Source of the DNA: a virus | Virus record (IMG/VR): IMGVR_UViG_3300042387_000725 | Coordinates: 1-64,000 of that record | DNA length: 64,000 nucleotides | Direction: 5' to 3' (one strand) | Shown here: positions 19,832-31,100 of the stretch, in pieces | How the letters are laid out: the number at the start of each line of letters is the position of its first letter | How positions within the stretch are numbered: the stretch's first letter is position 1 | Notes under the pieces: model-generated | Database searches by the model: none | Told to the model about the DNA's origin: nothing | What the model saw: the letters and a program-made list of their open reading frames with translations, nothing else | Program-made: the position numbers and the translations under genes

Positions 19832-22800
19832 TTAAACCTCCGCCAGGTATACAGTCATGTCTGGGCCACTTATGCTTCTTGAATATTCAATGTTATATAC
19901 AACATACTTTTCTTCTAAAGAAGCAACCAAATCTACACCATCATTATTTTTATAGTTTATGTTCACAATATCTCCTAGTTGAATTGTAGGTGTTGAAAAA
20001 ATTTTTACTCCAATTGATTTTCTTGGAACCATTGTTTTATTAATTATCCACCCCATAAGGTTTTCTGCATCATCTTCTGTTTGAATGTATGGTGTGTCTA
20101 ATGTAAACTCATTATTTCCATGGATCATTCTACTTAACTTTATATTATCAAATTTTTCTTTTTCAACTAGTGAAGAAGTTATTGTGGATGATGAGTCTAA
20201 TTGTGGATTTGAGAGATTTCCTTTTTTCTTAAAGTATTCATCTACTGTCAACTCATGTGTTGTATCCTGTGTAAAAGTAATTCCTTGTATTCTTAAATAG
20301 TTTCCAGTTGTCTCATCAAGGTTTAATGCTGTATCTGTAGCATTGAATATTAAAAACTCTGCTCCATAAGAATCTGCATAAAATCCTGATGTGGTATAAC
20401 CTTTTAGTCTGTTAAATGTTGGAGAAATTTGAGCATATAATGCTGGATATGCTCTGTCATATTTAATATCAAAATAAGAACACTCTCTCATTATTGAACC
20501 AAACTCGTCAAAATAAATATTATATTTTGGTGGCTGTTGAGCACTTATTCCAGAAAGATATGTTGATTGAACAACTCCACTTAAAGCATATTTTCTAAAT
20601 GACTCATTAAGGTTTATCTCATTATCTCCAAATAGTCCAGTGGACTTAATAAATCTTTTAGACTCTTCAGTCTCTCCAAACACCTTTGAAATTGGAGTAG
20701 AAACAGATGCTACTGTATTTTGTGAATAATTTTGTGATATAGCATATATGTTTTCAAACATACATCTAGATGATCCACGAACAAATGGTGCCATATTATT
20801 ATAGATTGGCAACGGATCTGGATCATCAACTATCTTAATTAGCTTACCATTAATATATAAATAAAATCTTCTAGTCTTTCCAATATTTTCATATTCAACA
20901 GCTAAATCATATACAGTTGTATTTTCTTCTCCTGCTGATCTATATTGACCTGTAAATCTTCCATCGTCTACAATTATTTTTGCAAGTCCGCCGTAAAGCT
21001 TAATTGGAATTGCATCATTATTTGATGCATCTTTTTTAACCTTATAAAACACAACATTGTTAATTGATATATTTGAATTACCTGATTTATCTAATTTTAG
21101 ATATGATTCTATGTTTTCTTCTGTTAGCGCAGCTATTTCAAAATAATAACCATTGTTTGTTTCTGGATTTAACATTACAGCTAAACCTCCAGAACTACCT
21201 CCAATGCTTACATTTTGATTTGGTTGAGTTCCTGGAACTTGATAATAAGGTACGCTTCCATTTGGTGTTTGTCCACGATTTTCATTATTTTCAATTTTAC
21301 CAATAATTCTCATTCTTGTTCCAAAATGCTTATAAGCACTATTAAGTTCTTTATATACATAAGAAACAAGATTGATTGGTGTTTCTAATACTGTAAATGA
21401 TGGTCCATTTATAACCAATGCAGATGATTGTATTGTTGCAGATTCAGTTGAAACTTTATTATTGTTTGAAGTTTCTGATGAATGGCTTGATGCCATAAAG
21501 TTTTTTATAGTACCGCTTCTGGATGCTAATCTTGCTTTTGTGTTATTTACACCTGCTGCACCAACAACAGTTTGTGGCAAAGAAATATCTTCTAAAAGAG
21601 TTGTTGTGAACAAATAATTACTTTTCATTTCACACCCTCTAACATATTCATTGTTAGACCAGTATGGACTTATTCCTGCATTATGCGAAGCAATAGTAGT
21701 TCCAAACTGAGCACGACCATGTTGATATACTGGACCATTTTGTAGACGAGTAATTCCATCAACTGTTTCATAGTATGGCTCAGAGTATATTCTTACAAGT
21801 CCTGTAGGATAAATTTTTCCATTAAATGGAATTGACTTAAAGTAGTTTTGGTATTCCTGATTATTTGTAATCCATACATTGCTACTTCCTTGACGATGTG
21901 TATTTCTCCACTCTTGAATTCTTTTTGCTTTTTCTTCTTCTTTGATGGCCCCAGATAAAACTAACGAATCTAAGTTATCAATAAAATTTGTTGGAGCAAG
22001 TCTTCCAGGCAAAACTATGCTTGGATTTTTATCTGAAAGTGTTCCATCTTTATTAATGTCATACCAAATTGGAAGAGTAACATTAAACTGTGCAGCATCA
22101 AATTTAATAACTTCTCCATTAGAATAAAAATATCCCTGATACCTACTAAGCCAATAAACATTTTCTCCTAAATCAATAACATTATTAGTTATCTTGTGAT
22201 TAACTACTGATGGTGGAGTAGAAGATAAATCTGAGTTTAATGGCAATGCTGCAAGCATATAGCTACTTTGTTTTGATGCAATCTCATTAACTGTTTTAAC
22301 AGAATCTGTTCCTGCTACTTCCCACAAAAGCGATGGTTTATAGATCCAGGTTTTTTCTTTATCTATCATTGATCCTTGACGAATTGAGCCATAAGACTTT
22401 TGAATATATCTTGTTGTATAGTTAATTTTTCCATTATTATAAATTTTTTTATTTTCTGATGCAATACTTAGAATATTAGGCAAAGCCCCAGATGTTTGGT
22501 TCTCTACAATTCCATCTAGAGCTTGGTTATTTGATCCTGTTAAAGTCATAGATATGTCTCTAGTATATGGCGCTGATGGAAGCATATAGTTTTTACTCAT
22601 TACAATAAAATTATTATATTCATCAAAGAACATTGCACTCTGAGTTGATATAGCTAATTGACTTAATACTTCAGCAACATTTTGATCAGGTGCAACAAAA
22701 AAATATGGGATTATTGGTTCTGGTTCATTTAATGCTCTATAAAATGAATAGTTGCTAAATCCTATGTAGTCTAATAGAAGACTAATGGCGTAACTAATAG

Positions 22801-24496
22801 ATACCTGTGTTACTAGCATTTTTGGTGCTGGCATAGATTCTAAGAAAAAATAAAAATCTCTTAGTTCAATCTCTAATGTTCCAGCAGTAACATTTGCTTG
22901 TGGAAATCCTTCAGAATATAAAGTTTTAATTGGAACCCAGTAATCAAATTCATTTACATTTAGTATCTTTTCATAAAAATTAAACTTAATGTTTTTACGA
23001 ATATATTTATAAACTATACTTAAGTCATTATTTTCATTAAATGCTTGATCATCATCAAACAAAGAAATTCTTCCAGTTGAAGCTAAAAGTTGTCCAACTG
23101 GCAAAGATGAACTAGACAAGTCTGCAAGATTTTTCTTAACACTATATTCAATTACTTTATCAGATACATCTACTACTAGTCTTGGTGACATTTCAATAAG
23201 ATCAAATGTTGCATCAAACTTATTCATTCTTTCTACTACTATTCTTAGGCCAAGAATTTCCTGAAACTCTCTATAAAATATTTTTTTATTACCATTTTTT
23301 AAAAATGACGATGGGTTTGTTAAATCTGTCACAAACGATGTTTTATTATTTATTTGTTCACTGCCAAGAAGCCAGCCGTAGTCTGGAGTAAATGATTCAT
23401 ATTCTTTGGTTATATTATTCCAAATATGATATTCTCCAACACTTTGTTCATTTTCAATAACTAAATATGCATATCCATGAATAGATACGGTTGGCAATAA
23501 AGAGCTAGAAGAAAAAGTTTCTGCCACTACAAAACTTTCTTTAAATTTGTCTGGTATATTTTTTATTCCATATTGTAACTCAACATATCCATCATGACTA
23601 ATAATTGGAGTAGAGTCTTCACGTGTATTATTTTCATTAAAAGTATAAGCATCTGTCCAGCTTGTTCCATCTAAATACTGTATTTTCCATCTTGTTGGAG
23701 TTGCTTTATTTGTATTGCCAAAAAATGGATCTTCAAAAGTTTTTGTTTTATCTGTAAATGGGCCAAGATTAATATCACCAACATGTGTTTGCATTTTAAC
23801 TATTAACCTATTTGCAGGAACACTATTTTTGTATACTACAAATGGAACTGCATCATCTATGTAGTAGTTTCCATTTACTGGAATCTTTGCAATACCACGT
23901 TCTGAATTTAAAGGTATACCATTCTTAATAGTTGGCGGATCAGTATTATTATCATCAGTAAAAGTTGGACTAAATCCATAAGCTATTGGACCATTGGTAT
24001 ATACATACTTATACATAGTTTCTGTTCTATAGGATGTCCAATATTTAAATTGGTCATCTCTTGCTGGCATATAATATCTAGGCCTTCTTGCAAGATTAGC
24101 ACCAGAGTTAGATAAATATTTTCCTTTAAAGAACGCAGCTTTATTTATTCCAGACCGTGGTCTAAATGGCTTAACACAATCTTCCAAAGAATATATAAGT
24201 TTATTTTTTTCTTTTACTGATGTAAATAATTGAGGAGTTCCATCATTTTTAAATCCACCATCAATGGTAACATCAGCATCTGTTGCTCCTGTATAGTAAT
24301 AACCAGTATCTGAATTATCAAAAGTATTAGGAAGTGTTAGGAACTGTGAATTAACTTCTTGTGGTCTATATCTATAGTTTCCAATCTTAGATATGTTGTC
24401 TGGCATATTCATGTTCCACTCTGCAAGCACAAGTGACTGTAACTGAATAGTTGGAGAAGACTCTAAATGTGTTTTTAATTCGTTACTTACAAACAC
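19832..24496 (-). CDS. Large tail tip / hub protein (1554 aa)
   Basis: Follows TMP and Dit; FFDEYNN hub-like motif; C-terminal YIQT..DA...P.IQLGDIV. Confidence 0.75.
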   Translation of the reverse strand: MFVSNELKTHLESSPTIQLQSLVLAEWNMNMPDNISKIGNYRYRPQEVNSQFLTLPNTFDNSDTGYYYTGATDADVTIDGGFKNDGTPQLFTSVKEKNKLIYSLEDCVKPFRPRSGINKAAFFKGKYLSNSGANLARRPRYYMPARDDQFKYWTSYRTETMYKYVYTNGPIAYGFSPTFTDDNNTDPPTIKNGIPLNSERGIAKIPVNGNYYIDDAVPFVVYKNSVPANRLIVKMQTHVGDINLGPFTDKTKTFEDPFFGNTNKATPTRWKIQYLDGTSWTDAYTFNENNTREDSTPIISHDGYVELQYGIKNIPDKFKESFVVAETFSSSSLLPTVSIHGYAYLVIENEQSVGEYHIWNNITKEYESFTPDYGWLLGSEQINNKTSFVTDLTNPSSFLKNGNKKIFYREFQEILGLRIVVERMNKFDATFDLIEMSPRLVVDVSDKVIEYSVKKNLADLSSSSLPVGQLLASTGRISLFDDDQAFNENNDLSIVYKYIRKNIKFNFYEKILNVNEFDYWVPIKTLYSEGFPQANVTAGTLEIELRDFYFFLESMPAPKMLVTQVSISYAISLLLDYIGFSNYSFYRALNEPEPIIPYFFVAPDQNVAEVLSQLAISTQSAMFFDEYNNFIVMSKNYMLPSAPYTRDISMTLTGSNNQALDGIVENQTSGALPNILSIASENKKIYNNGKINYTTRYIQKSYGSIRQGSMIDKEKTWIYKPSLLWEVAGTDSVKTVNEIASKQSSYMLAALPLNSDLSSTPPSVVNHKITNNVIDLGENVYWLSRYQGYFYSNGEVIKFDAAQFNVTLPIWYDINKDGTLSDKNPSIVLPGRLAPTNFIDNLDSLVLSGAIKEEEKAKRIQEWRNTHRQGSSNVWITNNQEYQNYFKSIPFNGKIYPTGLVRIYSEPYYETVDGITRLQNGPVYQHGRAQFGTTIASHNAGISPYWSNNEYVRGCEMKSNYLFTTTLLEDISLPQTVVGAAGVNNTKARLASRSGTIKNFMASSHSSETSNNNKVSTESATIQSSALVINGPSFTVLETPINLVSYVYKELNSAYKHFGTRMRIIGKIENNENRGQTPNGSVPYYQVPGTQPNQNVSIGGSSGGLAVMLNPETNNGYYFEIAALTEENIESYLKLDKSGNSNISINNVVFYKVKKDASNNDAIPIKLYGGLAKIIVDDGRFTGQYRSAGEENTTVYDLAVEYENIGKTRRFYLYINGKLIKIVDDPDPLPIYNNMAPFVRGSSRCMFENIYAISQNYSQNTVASVSTPISKVFGETEESKRFIKSTGLFGDNEINLNESFRKYALSGVVQSTYLSGISAQQPPKYNIYFDEFGSIMRECSYFDIKYDRAYPALYAQISPTFNRLKGYTTSGFYADSYGAEFLIFNATDTALNLDETTGNYLRIQGITFTQDTTHELTVDEYFKKKGNLSNPQLDSSSTITSSLVEKEKFDNIKLSRMIHGNNEFTLDTPYIQTEDDAENLMGWIINKTMVPRKSIGVKIFSTPTIQLGDIVNINYKNNDGVDLVASLEEKYVVYNIEYSRSISGPDMTVYLAEV

Positions 24497-24497
24497 A

Positions 24498-25145
24498 TTA
24501 AACCTCTTCCAGCGTTACTGAAATATTCCAAAGGTCATGGTTGTTTGCTCCACGCTTTACAACGGTATAGCTAAAATCTGATATGTAAACTTGAATTATC
24601 TGATTATATTCTGCAAGATGCTTATATGCAGCATCTGAATCTTCTTCTGTTGGACCAAAATTATTATATTTATCATATGCTAGATACATCCAAAATGGTC
24701 CTGGATGACTCTCATACCAATCAAGAATCTCTGCTCCTCCAGCCCCACCATCTGATGTATATTCATTTTGTGATCTTGCATTGGGAGATAGCCCTGTTTC
24801 TGTATCATACATTGCTGAACCATTATAAGATCTTGATGGAAGCATATTCCATGAAACTGACATACTTAACTTATCTGCAATATGATAGGAACGCATTCTT
24901 CCATTAATGGTTCTTTGACGCTGTTCAATTCTTTGATTGGTAAATTGCATTTCTGATCTATTGTGGTCTGAAAGCACTATAAACTGATCTAGAATACTTT
25001 GGTCATCTTCATCAGTGTCTACCCCTACTTCAAGGCCTGTGGGCACGTAGAGGCCGTCAGAGAGGGTCCCTGAGTTGTTTGCCCAGAGGATTGCTTGTGG
25101 ACGAGAATATCTACGTCTTCCGCTTAGGTATGCACCAGTAGCCAT
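24498..25145 (-). CDS. Distal tail (Dit-like) protein
   Basis: Directly after the TMP; RTING.MR and W.ISV.LEEV ends. Confidence 0.65.
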   Translation of the reverse strand: MATGAYLSGRRRYSRPQAILWANNSGTLSDGLYVPTGLEVGVDTDEDDQSILDQFIVLSDHNRSEMQFTNQRIEQRQRTINGRMRSYHIADKLSMSVSWNMLPSRSYNGSAMYDTETGLSPNARSQNEYTSDGGAGGAEILDWYESHPGPFWMYLAYDKYNNFGPTEEDSDAAYKHLAEYNQIIQVYISDFSYTVVKRGANNHDLWNISVTLEEV

Positions 25146-28100
25146 TATATGCTTCTCCCCCTTATTCTCTGTGAATCAATATTTTTTATTTCTTTCATAA
25201 CTGATCTTGCAATATCATTAGCGTTTGAGCTAGACCCATTAATATTAAATCCTAAAGTATAATTATACACTGCCGTTGAGCTATTATCCATTGATGTAGA
25301 ATTATTAAGTACTGGAACATTTATTGATCTAGGCCCTCCTAGCATTGATGGATACTTTGACTCGTTTAATGACTGAAGCATTGGGCCTGCTGCACTTGCT
25401 GCATATTTATTAACTATAAACTCTCCAGGGGTGAGCATGGCTGGAACTGTATCGGTGCCACGAGCAAATCCACCTGCTGCAAAATACTTAGGAACTAGTC
25501 CACCCCTAGACATCTTACCTACCTTACTTGATGCAGCAGCTAAAGCCCAAGGAGTATTTGAGCCAAACTGGGAGTTGTTTCCTGAAGTACCAGACTTTGG
25601 CTTAGATAGCGCTGCTGCTGCCTGGGCCCAAGGAGTGTTTGATCCAAATTGAGAGTTACTTCCTGAAGTACCAGATGTTGTTCCAGATGATGTTCCAGAA
25701 GAGTTTGTTACTACATTATGAACTGTAGTAACTTCTCTATCTAAAGAAGCTATAGCTGCAGCGATTCCTTCTGCATTTGCTAATTGCTTAATTAAAGTAC
25801 TGTTATATTTTATTCCTGCTGCATCTGCTAAGCCTATTAATTCTTCTTGGTCAGCAATTTGTTGTTTTGTTTGCCCAGCATAAATAGCTCCATCTTTTAG
25901 CTTTTGAGCTTCTGATTCTAGTGCAGCTATTTTTCTTTGAGTTGCTTCTATTTGCCCCTCAATAGTTTTTTTCTGTGCTTCAAGAGTTAGTAGAGTTGTA
26001 TTTTCAATAACACTAATCTGATATTGTAAATCTTTATTTTCCTTTTCAAGTTTATTTCTTCCAAGTCCTGCAATGGTTGCATCACGACTTGCTGTTAATC
26101 CATTTTTTAATCCAGCCAAAGCAGATTGAGCTTGTTGATCTCTTGCTTCTTGTACTGCTGCTGCTGCTGCAGATATATCTCCACGAGTAATTGCATCTGC
26201 AATAGTCATTCTTTGTTTTTGTACATTTGCAATATCTTGATTTATTGTTTCAATTTTTTCTAATGCTGCTATTTGTGTATCATATTTTTCATTAACAATA
26301 TCTTCTTGTCTTGATATTGCTTCAAGAGCAAAACTATTTGCATCAATTCTTGCACGTAGTGGATCAAGTTGAGATTTTGTAACTTCATCAATTTTATCGT
26401 TTATAGATTGAAGAGAATCTTCTTGAGATTTTAATGCATCATTTTCTTTCTTTAGTTTTGGTGCAAAATCTATATCAATTAACTTTTCACGAAGAGCTAT
26501 TAAAGCTGATGTACGTTCTACAAGAGACTTAAACTTTTCTTCTTCTGTCTGAAGAGATGTTTCAAAATCAAGTTTAGCAGTTCTATCCTGCATCGTAACT
26601 GTAATAATCTTATTAAGGTCTTCTGCTTGCAGTTTTCCATTTTTTACATTTTTAATAAATTGTTGTGCAAAAGAAGGATCATCAAAAATATTTTTAATTT
26701 CTTCTGCATTTAACCCTAGATCTTTTAATACTGGAACTATAGCAGTAAACTGCCTTGTATAGTCTCTGTCTGCACGTAGCTCTGTAAGCTTACTCTTAAC
26801 CAATGCTGCATCAGTTTCCTTAATTAACTTAATTAACTCTTTCCATTTTTTAGTTCCAACTTTTGTAGAGTTTATTCCTGCTGCTAGTATTGGATCTTTT
26901 GCTATTGCAAATGCTTTTCCTGCTGCAACTCCAGCATTTCTTAGAGTGCTGTAAGCTTTTGTTGTACCAACCATCTCTTTTCTTTGTTGCTTTAATTGTT
27001 CAATTGCTAGTTGAAATGGGCTTTTTTCTTTTGTGGTTGTATTTGTTGTTTCAAAAGGTTTTGTAGCAACAACTTGACTTGCAATGGCATCAGTAACAAG
27101 TCTGTATTTTTCTAGTTCTGCTTTTGCTGCTGCTATTTTAGCTGGATTCTTTGACATTAAGTCTGTAAAAATACTTTGAGCAACAGATGCATTAACCAAA
27201 GAAGCTCTTAACAATAACATCTTTGTATCATAGTCTGTTATGCCAGCAGCTGCTTTAGCAAACTCAGGATTTAAATTAGTCATGATCTTATCCATCAACA
27301 TCATTCCTACGGTTCCTTGAGGAATGGTATTTGATATCTCTGCCATCTTTTTATTATATTCGTCTGCTTTAATTGTTTGATTTCCAAATGCTGTAGTTAG
27401 CCCAGCAAAGGTGTTAGCAAGTGCTGCAGATGAAATGTTTAATTGTTTTTGCTGCTCTTTTGTTAATTCCATTTTAGATGTAGCAGTAGCACCTGCAGTC
27501 ATATTATCTGATATTGGTAAAGGAATTATCTTTCCTTTAAATGCTTTATTAAGTCCTTTTGTTACATCTTTTGCTAAATCTACTACAGCCTTTTTGCCTG
27601 ATTCGCTAGTAAGGTCAATCTTTTTAAATTTTAATGCAACATCTGTTTTACCAGCTTCTTCACCTAAAGCATCAATATAAGTTTTAATAGCCTCATCTGT
27701 AAAACCTTGTCCACTTAAGTCTAAAGCAATAGCATTAAAAGCAATTTCTGCCTCTCCTACTGTTGCCTGCTTAATTGCTTTAATTTCATTTTTATATTTA
27801 TCTAAAAATTCTTGACTGCTTCTTAATTCATCTACAGCAGTTTGCTCTTTAGCGTCAAGCTGATTAGCGCTGACTCTTGCTCCAGAGCCTGCTCTTGCTG
27901 TAGGTGTTTGACCTAACAAGTCTGCTAAAATTTTAACCTTATCTTTTGATAAAGTCATTGCTTTTGCAAGCCCCTCAGCAGCAAATGCTGCTTGATCGCT
28001 TCTGTGCTTAAGGAACTTAAATGCTCCATAAGCTGCTACAACTGCTGTTGTTGCTAGGCCTATTGGACCAAGAAACTTTGTAATCCCAAGTCCAAGTCTT

Positions 28101-31100
28101 GCTATATTACCCATTAAACCAGACTTTCCAACAAGTCCAGGCATTGCAGCAATTCCTCCACCACCCTTAGCCATCTTCATTGCACTTGAAGCAATTGATA
28201 ATCTTGTCGCAACTAACTCTGCCATTTTTGTTTGTGTTAGTAGTTGTGTAACAGACATTAGTCCAAACAATAGTCCAGAGAACTTCATTACCTGTTGAGA
28301 AACGGTACCCATTGTTCCGCCAAACATAGAGCCAGCACCTGCAAGAGATGTCAGTGCAAAGGTTCCACCCATCAATCCTTTATTAAGCTGGTCCATTCTT
28401 TGATTCATGACCTGCATCTTGGTAGCTTGTTCTTTTACCTTGCTTCTCATCATGTCTTCTTGATAAGCCATTGATAGTAATGCTGGATCAGATATTGCTA
28501 TACCTCTTGATAAAGGAGATCCCTGTGGTACTGATACTCTACGTGCTCCAGACTTACGTACTCCAGACTGAGTTCCACCTGTTGCAGCTGTACCAAGTTG
28601 TTCTCCAGACCTTTGGACATCATCAACCTTGCTATCCATTCCAACTTCAAGTCCACGACCAATATCTTGGCCAACCTTTATAGCCTTTTTTGAAGGAGAC
28701 TTGGTTTCTGCTCCTATTGCAATTCCCTCTATTGTATATTGTCCTACATCAATTCCAGCTTTACGTGCTTCTTCTACAACCTTTTTAGACATTAACTTAA
28801 TGTCACCAACATATGCATCAAGCATCTTCTTTGTTTCTTTACTTAATTTTGAGTACATTTCTTTAATTGCTGCAGCATCTCTCATGCCTGCTTCTTGTGC
28901 TGCCTTTGTTGTAAACTTTCCTCCTTGCTGAGTAGGAAAACGTCCTGGCAATTGTTCTTGTACTACTTTATTAACTTTTCTTCTATTTGTTGAAGAGTTA
29001 TACGCTCCTCTAAATTGAGTTCTTCCGCCAGTTTTTACTGCACCAAACTGCTCTTTCATTGCTCCAGGTTTTCTTAGTTCTTCACGAGCAGCTCTAACTT
29101 GTTCATTTGTTTTTGCGACAACATCATATGCGTCTTGTGTTATTTTATTAATTTCTTCTGCGGTAACAGTTGTTTGATCCTTTAAGCCGTCTATTCCTTT
29201 TTCAAACTCTTTTGCTAAATCTTTAACTGCAATCTCTAGCTCTTCTGGAGAAGCACCAGCCTCTTGCATCTTAACAAGCAATGGAGCATTATATGCACCA
29301 GCACCAGACACTGCTTCCTGTTTAAATAATTCTGTTGATGCTCTTTTACCTGAGCCAACTTCTCCAATTGCTTGATTAAGGTCTGAACTTTGAACTACAA
29401 CTTCATTTGAAAATACATCAAACGCATGCTCTAGTCCATCTTGAACTGAAGCAATTAATGTATTAATAGTATCTTTAACGCTTTGAGTTTGTGTTTTAGC
29501 AAATTCTAGTAATTCTGATCCAGTCATTTTCATTGCTGGAGCGAAATGTCCTAACTCATAAGAATCTTGAAGCCTAAACGCCTTGTCTCCACCAACAATT
29601 CCAGCTCTCTTAAATCCAGGTATGTTTCCAGAAATAAGTCCTTCAACTATTCCAGGATACTTTTTAACTATTTCTGCAGAAATAATTGCTTCTCCATTAG
29701 AAGCCATAATTGGAACTGAGTCAGAGGTTGGCCCTCCAGGTCCTGAAATTATTCCCCCCTGTGCAAACTTCTTTGCTCCTGTTCCTGGCATCATCATTCC
29801 AGGATTAGCTCTAGCAAAGTTTGCCGATGCTACTGCTGCCGAAGAATATGCTGCTATAAGTTTTTGTATTGCTGCTGCTTCTGCCGTAAAGGTTTGTGTT
29901 AATGTTGCGTGTGTCTGATTAAGAGAGTGAGCTGCTGCTGCAGCATCTAGCTGCTCCATTGTCATGTACTGAGTTTGTTCGCCAAGTATTTGAGACTGAC
30001 CAGTTAATCTTTGATACCCGTTACGAAGTGTCATAAATAGTTTAATTATATTTGCAACACCGTTGGCAAGCAAACCAAACGTCATAAGTAGTACTGGACC
30101 TACCGCTCCAATTCCAACAGTTAAAAGTGTTATTACTTTTTTAGTTCCATCTGAAAGATTTGCAAACTTTTCAAGTATATTTGCAACAAACTCAACAATT
30201 GGAGTTACTGCCTCTAGAAATGCTTTTCCTACAGGAATGATGGCAACTTTAAGATCTTCAACTGTTTTCTTAAATTTATTCATTGCTGATTCTGCAGTTT
30301 GACCTAATTCTTTTTCAGATAGCGAAGAAAGTTCTTCTACTGATGAATTTGCCAAACCAAGAACTCTTGCAGCTTGATTTCCTTCTTTGGTTACGTTTGC
30401 AAACAATGCTGATAGACGTGCAAACTGGAACTTGCCAAACATCTGCTCAATAACCTGGGCCCTGTTAAGTGGATCTAGTGCATTAAGCGCATTAGCAAAT
30501 TCAATAACTGTTGCTTTAAGATCACCCTTATTATTCTCAACAATTGCAGTTGCATTAATTCCAAAAGACTTAAGCATTGCACTTGCTTTACCTGTTGGAT
30601 TAATTAAAGAAGCAAGACCAGACTTTAATGCGTTTGCTCCTTCTGATGCATTAATTCCACCTTCTTTCATTGCTGCCATAAAAAATGCTAAGTCTTTAAC
30701 ATCTCCACCAAGTTGCTGGATTACTGGCGCTACCTTTGGAATAGCAGTAGTAATATCATCAAGTGATACAACTGTTTGGTTTTCTACTGCGTTAAGGAAG
30801 TTAATAGAATCTGCAAGTTTTGCAGAAGACATTCCAAAAGCATTTTGTAAAGAGATAGTAGTTTCAAGAGCCTGCTGACTTTCAATTTGTCCAAGAATAG
30901 AAAGACGTGTTGCTTCTGTTGTTTGTCTTTGAAGATCTAAACCTGAAAAACCTGCTGCAGCAGCATCTGCTGCTAATCCAACAGTAGTAGATACAGCAAC
31001 TCCATATTTAGTAAACTGCTTACCAAGCTCTGTAATATTTGCTAAGGCTTGTTCTGTTTCTTCAGCTGGAGTAAATAAGTCTCCGTATACCTTTTTAAAC

